From positions 24,997 through 88,996 of IMG/VR virus record IMGVR_UViG_3300020048_000077: DNA of 64,000 nucleotides; one strand, written 5' to 3'. Source of the stretch: a virus. Taxonomy: Duplodnaviria > Caudoviricetes. A program made the translations under genes and the position numbers. This document shows, in pieces, positions 47,090 to 57,219 of this stretch (its first letter is position 1; each line of letters starts with the position of its first letter). Below the pieces are notes generated by a model, which worked only from the letters and a program-made list of their open reading frames with translations, was not told where the DNA came from and searched no databases.

Positions 47090-48054
47090 TGGCCATTTAC
47101 AAACATGTTTCCAGTAAAGAGATAATCAGGAAGGTATTCCGTGATCTGAGACCTCCTACGGCCAATTTCATACATGATAGTATTGAATGGATAGGAGAGG
47201 CACTTGAACACATCGGAGCATCTGCTCAACTGTGTAGAAAGCAGGCCGTGATAAACATTGAGAATCACAGAGGTCATCTTCCTGGGGATCTGTACTACAT
47301 CAATCAGGTAGCTGTTAACAATTGTGTACCACAGGGGACAGCCTCTACCACGACAGAGATACAGAGACAGATAGCAGTACTTGAATCCAACATCCACGAA
47401 TATTACACCCATGTCAATGGAGCTGTGACATTGTCTGCCAACGGTACCTACAATTCAAGTTTGACAACAACTGATCTCAACGAGTTTGATTCATATCATG
47501 CCACAACTCTGAAACAACTTAGAGATCTGAATTCTCAACTTGCAGTTCTGCAGAATCAATACTTCGCATCAGGAAGCTGTATGAGTCCACTTCAGTATGG
47601 GGCCAGTACATTCCATGCAAGCATGCACTGTGACGAGTGTGTGAATCAGAATGCAAGGTACAAGGACACTTACATCATCGATTGTGGACATATAAAGACC
47701 TCATTCGCATCAGGACAGATATGTCTGAGTTATATGGCATTTCCTACGGACAGTGAATGCTATCCGATGGTACCGGATGACATCTCTTACAGGGAGGCCA
47801 TGTTCTGGTACATTTATAAGAAGCTCATACTTCAAGGTTTCCAAGTAGGAAATGAAAGACTGGACTACGTCTTTGCAGACAACCAGTGGCAGAACTACTG
47901 TACCCAGGCAAGGAATGCGGCCAATTACCCTGACATTGACCGGTATCAGTCCTTTATGGACCAGTGGGTACGACTGACGCCCAATATCAACAGGGATCTG
48001 AACTTCTTCGAAGGTCTTAACGACAGAGAACAGTTCGTTCCAGATAACATCTGA
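47089..48054 (+). CDS. Tail ring/tubular protein
   Basis: EWIGEALEHIG...SYMAFPTDSECYPMVPDD...EAMFWYI. Confidence 0.72.
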   Translation: MAIYKHVSSKEIIRKVFRDLRPPTANFIHDSIEWIGEALEHIGASAQLCRKQAVINIENHRGHLPGDLYYINQVAVNNCVPQGTASTTTEIQRQIAVLESNIHEYYTHVNGAVTLSANGTYNSSLTTTDLNEFDSYHATTLKQLRDLNSQLAVLQNQYFASGSCMSPLQYGASTFHASMHCDECVNQNARYKDTYIIDCGHIKTSFASGQICLSYMAFPTDSECYPMVPDDISYREAMFWYIYKKLILQGFQVGNERLDYVFADNQWQNYCTQARNAANYPDIDRYQSFMDQWVRLTPNINRDLNFFEGLNDREQFVPDNI

Positions 48055-48056
48055 AA

Positions 48057-51000
48057 ATGGAAAGAGAAGGTGTTCTAAGATACATCAGAGGTCTACACAA
48101 GGACGCTTCTGAGATCGACCAACCTCAAGGAACATTGAGGTTTGCAAGGAATGCCATGTCCTCACGTACCAGCAATGCGGTATCAAATGAGGGAGGTATT
48201 ACCGTTGTAGATATTCTTCCTCCTGATTCTATTGTGATCGGAAAGGTCACCATCACTGATGGTACCATGATACTGTTCCTTAAAAGAGCACTCAGATCTG
48301 AGATAGGAATGTTCAAGGACAATGTATACAGTACCATCTACAACCCTGTTGTACAGACGAATGATGGGTGGGACATGAATTTCCAGGAGACGCATCCGAT
48401 AGAGGCCCGGTTCAAACTTCAAGGGGATGGAGATCTCATGGTGTACTGGACAGATGATCTGAACCCACCACGTGCCATGAACATAACAAGGCAACTTGAA
48501 AGTACTGTACTTGATCTGTATGGAAAGAATGCTTCTACATCGCCTGATACCAAGTTCATAGATCGATTGAATCTGTTTCCTCATGCAGGACCTGTTCCTC
48601 ACATTTCACTTCTCGATGTGTTCATGGGAGGCGGTGTAAGAACAGGAGTGTACTACTTGGCCACAGGATATGTCGATGCCGATCTTACGGAGACGAACTA
48701 CGTGAGTCTGTCCAATCCTGTATCCATCGTGGATGAAGTGGAAGGGGTCGATCCGATAGAAAGCTACGATGGCGCTCCTCCAGGAATCCTTACAGGGAAG
48801 TCCATAACCTGGACAGTATCAAATCTGAACACGGATGTGAAGTATCTGTCTGTTGCCATAATAATGCGCAATGGAGGAGTAGACACGGCAGTAAAACTCA
48901 ATGATATTGAAATAAACAACCGTACAAGCTTCACAGTCACATTTACAGGAGAGGAAGGATATACCACATACTCTCCAGAAGAGATAGTCATTGACAATGT
49001 TGAGTATCGGACAGCGAAGACCCTTGAACAGCTGGACAATGTCCTTTACGTTGGAAACCTTACATCGAACATAGATCTCGGATATCAAAGGTTTGCAAAC
49101 TTCATAAAAACAGAGTCCCGTACAAAACTGTTCCCGAACTTCGATCCGTTCATACCTTCCAATGACAACCTTGAGAAGAAGTCCGGAGGATCGAATCATA
49201 TCTCCGATGGGTACAGAGATGTGAAGAACATTTACGATTACAAAGGGTACATGCGTGAAGAGGTGTATGCACTGTACATTGCGTTCATACTAAAGAGTGG
49301 GCAGATGAGTTATGCTTACCATATACCCGGTAGAGAAGCTCTTCAGAATGTACTTGTAAGCAACATAAATGAGGAAGTTCCATTACTTCCAGGACTAAAT
49401 CCTACGTCAACATTCGTGAACGAGAATGATCAATCCTATGGTGGAAACGCAGAGGATTGGGATATCATATCACTTACTGGAGAGAACAGTCCTCAGGGAA
49501 GACTTTTCCAATGGTACGATTTCTCACACCTGCATTCAAGCAGTATGAACTACTGGCACAATCTGCACGAATTGTACCCGAACACGGATGATTTCACTAT
49601 ATATGACGCACAGAATCCTACTGTACAGGCCGGTGATCTCAGACAACTCAATGTACGTCACCACAGATTTCCATCAAATAGGAATGCTTCACGTACAACC
49701 GTGATCAGTTCCAATGCCAATGATCTTAATATCACTCAAAGAACAAAGGCAGTAATAAGATGGTACTGGATGGGGGGAGTTGAAGGTGGAAGTAATCCTG
49801 TCATACATGGAGCGCAGTCAATTCAGGATTTCAATGCTGCAAGAGCTTATCAAGCAGGATTCAATCCGAACAACGATGGTATGGGAGGACAGGGCCCCGG
49901 ACATACAGATCTCACAGGTGCACAAGATCCAGGTCCGAACTCATGCCTTCCTACGAACAATACCTTTTTCAATCTGGTCAACATTGACACGGTATCTGAT
50001 TGCACCATTAGTAGAATGGATGATATTGAATTCAGATATGATACGAATATTCCCTTCGGTGCAAATGTCGTAGTGGGATGGGACTACCCATGGGGACCGG
50101 ATGGAGGTGACTTTTCAATACCTCTTTGGAACCATCCGCACTGCAGTGAGTATGGGTATGGTACTGTTTCAGCGATCAATGGAACAACCATATCCATAAG
50201 TAGCAATGGAGGAAACTGGCCTCAACTGATATGGGAGAAGAGGCCAGGATGGGTGGCATGGGTGGAGTGTGAGCAGGAACTCACTGAAACAGAACCTGTT
50301 ACACACGCTGTGCAGGCCCTTGGTTTCAAACTTGATGACTTGAAGATTCCAAAATCAATTGCTGATCAGATCCAAGGATTCAGAATATACCGAGCAGACA
50401 GAACACATGAGAATAGAACAGTTCTCGGGCAGGCACCTATACATTCAATGGCTTCACGTGTTGATATGGACATATCTGGATGTGATGGGGGAGGTATAAA
50501 CACAGGACTCATAGATTACTGGCTTCCTGGAGGACAACCACTTCCTGTAAGACCGAACTGGGTAAGAGAAATATGGAAGTTTCATGACTTCTACCTTCTG
50601 AACAGAACTCCATCCTTATCATCTGCAACGCACATCAAATTGCAGTACATCCTTGGAATGTTCAATTTCAAAGGCCCTACAAGGTATTACTATGATGCTC
50701 AGAACACTGACACAACACTGTCACCTGCGATCTACTCATGTTGGAAACCTCAGGTCATCACTTCCTTCCACATGTCCGGGAATCATTACAGGATACAGGG
50801 AAGCAACCAGAGACTGAACTACCTTTTAAAGGACAAGGCAAAGGCCTACATCCTTGGGAATACGATATACGAAGGTGCATCTGATGGTTTTGAAAAGGCC
50901 ATCTACAACATTGGAGGAGAGACTCATATCGCATTGAGGCCTAAAAGATTTCTTCCTTTCCTTGTATCGGCAGACAATGCTTCGTGGAGAGCGCAACGTT

Positions 51001-53120
51001 CAGATCATTCCGGACCGAGTTTCGTATCCTATACTGACAACAGTTATGAACCTGATGCGGATAAGGAAGGACTGCAACTGTACTTGGTCAACCTGAAGGC
51101 ATTCAAGACAGATGTCTACAATACCATGGACGTACAGAATCTTGTATGGACAGGGTATGAAGTACTTGGATCAGATATTGATAGATTCGTAGTTGACGAG
51201 GATGGAAATCCGATAAGTTCATTGCCTAACAGATTTGAGACGGATGACATCTATGGTGGAGACGTCTTCATCTGTAGATATGGGTACAGGATGTCTCACA
51301 GAGAGGAAGTGAACAATGTTCCGAACACCTATCCGAACGGAGGATCTGTGGATCACAAGTCTGTCATATTCACCATTGTGGAAAGTACTGAGAACATTAA
51401 TTTCAGACACATGGAGAATCTGAACGTACCATATTTTCCAGGTGCTCCGCTATCAGATGTACTCAAGGTGAAGGCAGATGTGGATCTAACGTACAATCCT
51501 GATACTGAGACAGGTAACATGAAGTACAACGAGGATTATTCCAGTGTGAATGACCTCAAGAAAGTACTTCCACTTCCATATCAACTTGTACAACCTACCA
51601 GTTTCTCTACCAGAGTCATTCGATCAGGTAAGACAACATCCTCTTCCCTGATAGACAACTTCAGAATATTCGAAGCTGATCAGGTACGTGAACTGAACAA
51701 CAACAAAGGAGAACTGTGGAAGATCACCGCCATGAACAGTCTCCTTCTCTTCCACATGGAGAACACCCTGTACCAGACAAAGGGCAAACAGAAGATGCAG
51801 ACATCTGAGGGATCAGAGGCCTACATCGGACAAGGAGACATCTTTGAACAGGAACCGGATGAACTACGCCAGACCGATGGTGGGTATATGGGAACACGTT
51901 CTCAATGGGCCGCAACTGTAACTCCGTACGGATACTTCTCAGTTGACAACTTGAACAGACGTATCTTCTTCATAGGTCAAGGAGTACATGACCTTACATC
52001 TGAAAAATATGGAATGGAGGACTGGTTCAGAGCCAATATTCCGTCCTCTCTATCGTTGTATGGGTACGATGAACATACCGACAATCCTATCGCAGACCTT
52101 GGATTCCATGCTGTGTGGGATGAAAGATATTCAAGAATACTCCTGACCAAAAAAGATCTTAAGGTCACATCAAGATTCATAGAACAGTGGAAAGGAAACT
52201 ACGCATCGATCGCGGATGGTACCATGGCCAATGCAGAAGGAATATTCTGGGCAGAAGGAAACTACCACTACTTTACTGGAGGAGCATGGACTATTCTTAT
52301 TCCTGAAGCTCCTACAACTGTAGGATCAAGACTGTCTCTTTTCGAATCCATAGGGTGGACCATATCGTTCGCAGTATCCCCTTCTCAGGATGGAAGAATT
52401 GGAAGTTGGGAAAGTGTACATGATTACATTCCTTATCAGTACGGTTATGTAGGAATTGATGTGCACTCATTTACAAAGAGTACAGATTCTACGATACAAC
52501 GTGGAATCTACAAGCACAATGATGATGCGAACATGTCAAGATTCTATGGAACACTCTTTCCATTCGAAGTGGAAATGATCCATAATGAATCCAACGGAAT
52601 AGATAAACTGTATGCCAGCTTTGAGATACTTCTTGACGTATACGATTATGATTCATCAACGCTTAGATACAAGAAGGATCTGAATGCCGGTTTCACGAGT
52701 TTCATTCTTTACAATTCAGATGCGAACTCTGGAGAGACTCCTATTGAGTACCTGATCAATATCAGAAAGAGAGGAAGTTCCTGGAAGATAAACAAGTTCA
52801 GAGACATGTCTGCAGAGATCGTGAACGGAACTGCGTACTATACCGGACCGTTCACACAAAGTAACTACGGAATCGTAGGAGTGAACGTGGCAGGTTCGAA
52901 CAACGCAGGTACAACGGTCTCAACATCTTTGGACATGTTCAATGTGGAAGGAATGTATGAACCCCTTAACACTTTGTACATTGATCCTAACAAGGCATGG
53001 AATACCAAGAAGAAATTCATTGACCGTTTTCTTGGTATAAGGCTGATATCTGACAATACCGGAAACAAATTGATAAATTTGTACAATACGACCACTCTGT
53101 ACCGAGAATATGCACCATGA
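48057..53120 (+). CDS. Tail stabilisation/muzzle protein (1687 aa)
   Basis: YWTDDLNPPRAMNI, IYGGDVFICRY, YNEDYS, NKGELWKI, WESVHDYIP. Confidence 0.8.
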   Translation: MEREGVLRYIRGLHKDASEIDQPQGTLRFARNAMSSRTSNAVSNEGGITVVDILPPDSIVIGKVTITDGTMILFLKRALRSEIGMFKDNVYSTIYNPVVQTNDGWDMNFQETHPIEARFKLQGDGDLMVYWTDDLNPPRAMNITRQLESTVLDLYGKNASTSPDTKFIDRLNLFPHAGPVPHISLLDVFMGGGVRTGVYYLATGYVDADLTETNYVSLSNPVSIVDEVEGVDPIESYDGAPPGILTGKSITWTVSNLNTDVKYLSVAIIMRNGGVDTAVKLNDIEINNRTSFTVTFTGEEGYTTYSPEEIVIDNVEYRTAKTLEQLDNVLYVGNLTSNIDLGYQRFANFIKTESRTKLFPNFDPFIPSNDNLEKKSGGSNHISDGYRDVKNIYDYKGYMREEVYALYIAFILKSGQMSYAYHIPGREALQNVLVSNINEEVPLLPGLNPTSTFVNENDQSYGGNAEDWDIISLTGENSPQGRLFQWYDFSHLHSSSMNYWHNLHELYPNTDDFTIYDAQNPTVQAGDLRQLNVRHHRFPSNRNASRTTVISSNANDLNITQRTKAVIRWYWMGGVEGGSNPVIHGAQSIQDFNAARAYQAGFNPNNDGMGGQGPGHTDLTGAQDPGPNSCLPTNNTFFNLVNIDTVSDCTISRMDDIEFRYDTNIPFGANVVVGWDYPWGPDGGDFSIPLWNHPHCSEYGYGTVSAINGTTISISSNGGNWPQLIWEKRPGWVAWVECEQELTETEPVTHAVQALGFKLDDLKIPKSIADQIQGFRIYRADRTHENRTVLGQAPIHSMASRVDMDISGCDGGGINTGLIDYWLPGGQPLPVRPNWVREIWKFHDFYLLNRTPSLSSATHIKLQYILGMFNFKGPTRYYYDAQNTDTTLSPAIYSCWKPQVITSFHMSGNHYRIQGSNQRLNYLLKDKAKAYILGNTIYEGASDGFEKAIYNIGGETHIALRPKRFLPFLVSADNASWRAQRSDHSGPSFVSYTDNSYEPDADKEGLQLYLVNLKAFKTDVYNTMDVQNLVWTGYEVLGSDIDRFVVDEDGNPISSLPNRFETDDIYGGDVFICRYGYRMSHREEVNNVPNTYPNGGSVDHKSVIFTIVESTENINFRHMENLNVPYFPGAPLSDVLKVKADVDLTYNPDTETGNMKYNEDYSSVNDLKKVLPLPYQLVQPTSFSTRVIRSGKTTSSSLIDNFRIFEADQVRELNNNKGELWKITAMNSLLLFHMENTLYQTKGKQKMQTSEGSEAYIGQGDIFEQEPDELRQTDGGYMGTRSQWAATVTPYGYFSVDNLNRRIFFIGQGVHDLTSEKYGMEDWFRANIPSSLSLYGYDEHTDNPIADLGFHAVWDERYSRILLTKKDLKVTSRFIEQWKGNYASIADGTMANAEGIFWAEGNYHYFTGGAWTILIPEAPTTVGSRLSLFESIGWTISFAVSPSQDGRIGSWESVHDYIPYQYGYVGIDVHSFTKSTDSTIQRGIYKHNDDANMSRFYGTLFPFEVEMIHNESNGIDKLYASFEILLDVYDYDSSTLRYKKDLNAGFTSFILYNSDANSGETPIEYLINIRKRGSSWKINKFRDMSAEIVNGTAYYTGPFTQSNYGIVGVNVAGSNNAGTTVSTSLDMFNVEGMYEPLNTLYIDPNKAWNTKKKFIDRFLGIRLISDNTGNKLINLYNTTTLYREYAP

Positions 53121-55252
53121 AAGTATCACTTAGACCGAAATATCAGACAGGGGGATTCAGTAGTGCATCGCTGATAAAACCTGGATCCTTAGGATCAAGT
53201 ACGTATTCCAGTTGGAAACCTTCAACAAACCCTTCCGTGGCCAATCCGCAGAGATACACTGGGTATGGAGGAAGCTCTGAAGAAGTGGGTATGGGAGGTG
53301 GAAACGAGTATGGGCAGTACATTCAAGCAGCTGCAAATGCCATAGGTAATGGTATAGGTATTGCAAACACTGCAAAGAGTGATCTAAGTGAGGTGAAGAC
53401 CAGCAAGGATAACTATGCGAATTACAAGAGATATGAAGGTCTGAAACGATTGAGTTCACTTCCATACTCCTATCCGAAGATGCAGACAGGAGGAAGTAAT
53501 CCTTACGCAGGTACATGGGATCCTAATGCACTCAACACGGATCCGAATGAGCTTCAATCAGAGGCTCAGAAGGATATCACTCTTGCAACAACTGAAGCAA
53601 TTGCCTCCTCAGTTCCTGTAATAGGTCCAGTGATCGGAGCTGCAACAGGTGCACAGAAGTCCATCAGAGGAATGCTTGGAGAAAAGGAGACTCAGAACAG
53701 TGAAGGTCAGACTGTTCAAACCTATGATTCCGTTGATAAAGCGATCGTAGGCAATCTTGTAAAACCAGCACATGAGCAAGGACTGGAGCATGCGAAGAAC
53801 AAGGACTACGGAAGAGCTGTACTGAGCTTTGCAGGTCTTGGAACATTTGCAGATGCGCATGATGCTGCACAGGACACTCAGCAGGCCTTGGAGGAAGAGA
53901 TTCAGAACAAGACAAGTGTGAACGTTGGGCGTACACTGGGAAATACTACGTACTCCAGAGGAAACATCCAATATGCCAAAGGAGGACTCGCAAGGATTCC
54001 AAATGCTGAAGTTGAACACAACGAAGTTGTTGAGGAACCTGATGGAACTTATGAGACCAAGAAAGGAAGAAAGCACAATTACAGTAACCCTAAAAAATCA
54101 GGTATCAAGATCCACATGGATCCAGGCTCCTACGTCTGGTCAGAAGAACTCGGGTTCGCAGATAGATTCAAAGAGTTGAAGGAAAATGATGCACCGGACA
54201 TTGAAATAGAAAATCTACGCATGGAACAGGAAATGAAGGCGGGAAGAATGCCAAAGTATCAGACAGGAGGATTTGGAAAAGGGTACTTACGTTCCATCCA
54301 ATCTCCAGGAGAAAACTATTTTCCATACCCATCAGCTCTACACAAGGAGGTAGACCTTGCGTTCCAAGCGGACAATGTACCAAAGAAAAAAGTAACTTCT
54401 GTAAAGACAAAGCCTAAAGGACGGGATACCTCAAAAGATCTTGTGTACACTCCAATGCCTGTACGACCACTGTCTTCAACTGTTGAACCTGAACCGGTAT
54501 TGAGCCCTGTAGGAAATCCTACTGCTTCAAACATGTACAAGACAAGAAACAGATATGAACGAACAGGAGCCGGAAGATTCCTCAAGGACAACTCTGATGT
54601 CCTCATCGCAGGAGCAGGTGCCATAGGTCAACTGGTGGGAAATCTTGTACAGAAACCTGGAGATATTGCTCCTGTAAAATCTGGAAGTCCTGTAAAAGCA
54701 GACAATGTTCACTACACCCGTGTAAAGGACATGGAGAAAGGTGCACGTGAAGCTGAACTGAGAGCTGCTACCAAGACATCCCTTCTGAGTGGAAGTGGTC
54801 CAGGCGCCAATCCTGCATACGCAAGAGCTGCAATGACAAAGCACCGTCAGACAGAGGAAGCTGCTGGTAGGATCGACAATATGAATGCTCAGATAGACAT
54901 GTCTGAACGTTCTACGAATGTGAAGAACAAGCTGTCATCTGACATGTTCAACGCAGAAATGGCCATGCGTACAGATGCCTCACGTAGAGATGAGGAGTTG
55001 AGAAAGCGGAACTTCAAGAACGCAAAAGCTGCAAGTATCGGTGATACCATTGGAGGAGTTGCAAGAGATGCTCTCGCATACAATGCCGACAGGGATCTTT
55101 CCAAGGCCGTATATGGTGATTCAGGAATCAACGAGAGATACCTTAAAGGCAAGGAGAATCAATTCTACAAGGATTACAGGATGAAGAATCCGAAGGCGAC
55201 ACCTGCAGAGATAAATACTGCATGGTTGAATGAACTTTCAAAAATGACATAA
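53117..55252 (+). CDS. Virion cargo (ejection) protein
   Basis: Repeated KYQTGG, NAEVEHNEVV...GRKH motif, hydrophobic Gly-rich helices. Confidence 0.7.
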   Translation: MKVSLRPKYQTGGFSSASLIKPGSLGSSTYSSWKPSTNPSVANPQRYTGYGGSSEEVGMGGGNEYGQYIQAAANAIGNGIGIANTAKSDLSEVKTSKDNYANYKRYEGLKRLSSLPYSYPKMQTGGSNPYAGTWDPNALNTDPNELQSEAQKDITLATTEAIASSVPVIGPVIGAATGAQKSIRGMLGEKETQNSEGQTVQTYDSVDKAIVGNLVKPAHEQGLEHAKNKDYGRAVLSFAGLGTFADAHDAAQDTQQALEEEIQNKTSVNVGRTLGNTTYSRGNIQYAKGGLARIPNAEVEHNEVVEEPDGTYETKKGRKHNYSNPKKSGIKIHMDPGSYVWSEELGFADRFKELKENDAPDIEIENLRMEQEMKAGRMPKYQTGGFGKGYLRSIQSPGENYFPYPSALHKEVDLAFQADNVPKKKVTSVKTKPKGRDTSKDLVYTPMPVRPLSSTVEPEPVLSPVGNPTASNMYKTRNRYERTGAGRFLKDNSDVLIAGAGAIGQLVGNLVQKPGDIAPVKSGSPVKADNVHYTRVKDMEKGAREAELRAATKTSLLSGSGPGANPAYARAAMTKHRQTEEAAGRIDNMNAQIDMSERSTNVKNKLSSDMFNAEMAMRTDASRRDEELRKRNFKNAKAASIGDTIGGVARDALAYNADRDLSKAVYGDSGINERYLKGKENQFYKDYRMKNPKATPAEINTAWLNELSKMT

Positions 55253-55254
55253 AA

Positions 55255-57207
55255 ATGCCTGAAGGATACGAAACATCGCACATACAACCGTACAGATCAA
55301 TGTACGTGGACATGAAGCGTCCAGAAATAGCTACGATCAAGAGAGACAGGTATGATGCCTCCAAGGCAGAGTATGATGCTCTTAACCGGGCCATAGGATC
55401 TATTCAGACAATCGGAGAAGATCCTTATACCGTCAACGCTCTCAAACAACGCGTAGAAGATCGTATGAGTGCAGTAGTGAATTCCGGTGCATTTGAGAAC
55501 GGGAACATGGCAGTAAGTGACGCTGTAACAGATTTCGCATCTGACACCAGAGTTGCAAAGGCAGCTGAAAGTGCAGAGAACTACAAGAAGAGTGAAGCTC
55601 TTAAGGCTCAGGCAATTGCGCAGGGAAAACAGATCTATGATTTTGACAGGCAGTTTAAAGGATATGATCCTGAAGGCAAACCTATCTTCCAACATAAGTC
55701 AGAAACACATAACACGGAACGTGATGGTGTGTATCAACCAGCTTATGAAGAAAAACTGGACAATGTTGCACGTGTAAAGCAACTCATGGACGGAATTGCA
55801 GATGATCCTATATCTCTAAAAGCTGTTGCAGCTGTCGGAGGACTTACTGAAGAGCAGGCATACGCATACCTTAAGTACGGCCAGCAAATTTCTGACGACA
55901 AGGTGGAGAGAATAGCTGAAGCACTCACTCCACTCTACGCGGATTCACAGGAAGGAAAGCAAAAGTTCAGAGCCCTTACTCAACTGGAGTTGAAGGACGA
56001 GAAGACAGCGATGGAAGTGCTGAAGAATGACCTCTACGCCTTCGGAAAGAAACAGGTTGGAGGACAGCTTCATTACATTCAGAATCCGTATGGACAGCCC
56101 GGTGAACAACAAGAAGCTGAAGCAGTCTTCACACCAGAAACCATTCAAAGTCTGACATTGAATCCTTCTAAAGAACCTCTTGCTGTATGGGGAAATCCTG
56201 TTGCAAAAGAAAAGTTATTTGATGTCAAAGGCAATCTCAGATCCTCGTTTACAATTGGAGATGCGGAAGGTCCGAATGTTGAATTGAATAAAAAAGGAGT
56301 TCCAATTACGGGCAGCAACGAAAGAACCGCCTCTACAGAACTAATAAGGTTCAAAAAACAACTTGAAAAGGCAGGTGGAGATGTAAGTAAGGTAAAGAAC
56401 GTATCTGGGAGACTTTTATACTTCAAGGAGAAGTATGCGCACCTTAGAGCTCCGGGAGAAAGTGATAGCGCTTTTCTTGAAAAAATGGACAAGGCCTATA
56501 ATGACAATGTTGCACAGACAACTGCCGTATACGAATTCAGCCCTGAAGGAAGACAAAAAGCAGCGGTGATGCTTGGAGACAAGTTTTCATCTCTTCAAAT
56601 ATATGATCCAAAAGTAGGAGAACTTCCAATGTCTGTGAATCAGTGGTCCTCAAAAGGAGAGGACGAATGGCTTACCTTTTCCGATTCTAATTTTGCAGAG
56701 AGCTTCAAAAAGGCTCTACAGGCAGGAGGAGCTGTAACAGAGGACAATTCTTTCGTAGAAGTAAAAGGAATGGTCATATCAGGAGAATTGCCTGGTGGAA
56801 CAGAAGTACGTTTTTCTCACAATGGTACACCATACGATCTTGTCATAAAAGCCTCAGACCAGACGGAGAGGAATTTCAACACCATAAACAAGATGTCGAA
56901 CATGCTTCGAACACTTGACACTGAATCTGAATTGGAAGTATCTGTCCCTCCAGCACATAAGAATGCTGGAATAGAATCACGTGTACTGAAGCTGGAATTC
57001 GTACGGGACGGAAAGGAAATAGTACCTGTATTCATGCAGCAGTACAAACTGAAGAGTGGAAGGCTTACAGAAAAACAGGCCGTACCCGCGAACATCATAT
57101 CAGAAATGGCAAAGGGTCTTGTGACCGATTATACTAATAGTACCATATCTTCACAGTCTCTTTCTCCGAAGGCTGCAATAGGCAGTACCTTCTACGGAAG
57201 TAAATAA
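55255..57207 (+). CDS. Virion cargo (ejection) protein
   Basis: 650-aa helical protein between cargo genes. Confidence 0.65.
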   Translation: MPEGYETSHIQPYRSMYVDMKRPEIATIKRDRYDASKAEYDALNRAIGSIQTIGEDPYTVNALKQRVEDRMSAVVNSGAFENGNMAVSDAVTDFASDTRVAKAAESAENYKKSEALKAQAIAQGKQIYDFDRQFKGYDPEGKPIFQHKSETHNTERDGVYQPAYEEKLDNVARVKQLMDGIADDPISLKAVAAVGGLTEEQAYAYLKYGQQISDDKVERIAEALTPLYADSQEGKQKFRALTQLELKDEKTAMEVLKNDLYAFGKKQVGGQLHYIQNPYGQPGEQQEAEAVFTPETIQSLTLNPSKEPLAVWGNPVAKEKLFDVKGNLRSSFTIGDAEGPNVELNKKGVPITGSNERTASTELIRFKKQLEKAGGDVSKVKNVSGRLLYFKEKYAHLRAPGESDSAFLEKMDKAYNDNVAQTTAVYEFSPEGRQKAAVMLGDKFSSLQIYDPKVGELPMSVNQWSSKGEDEWLTFSDSNFAESFKKALQAGGAVTEDNSFVEVKGMVISGELPGGTEVRFSHNGTPYDLVIKASDQTERNFNTINKMSNMLRTLDTESELEVSVPPAHKNAGIESRVLKLEFVRDGKEIVPVFMQQYKLKSGRLTEKQAVPANIISEMAKGLVTDYTNSTISSQSLSPKAAIGSTFYGSK

Positions 57208-57219
57208 AAGGACTATTAT

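Noticed and set aside
53074-53081. Third late-promoter copy (TAAATTTG before 53117)
   Set aside because: It lies in coding sequence (NKLINLY) and lacks the upstream 17-nt box at -64/-65
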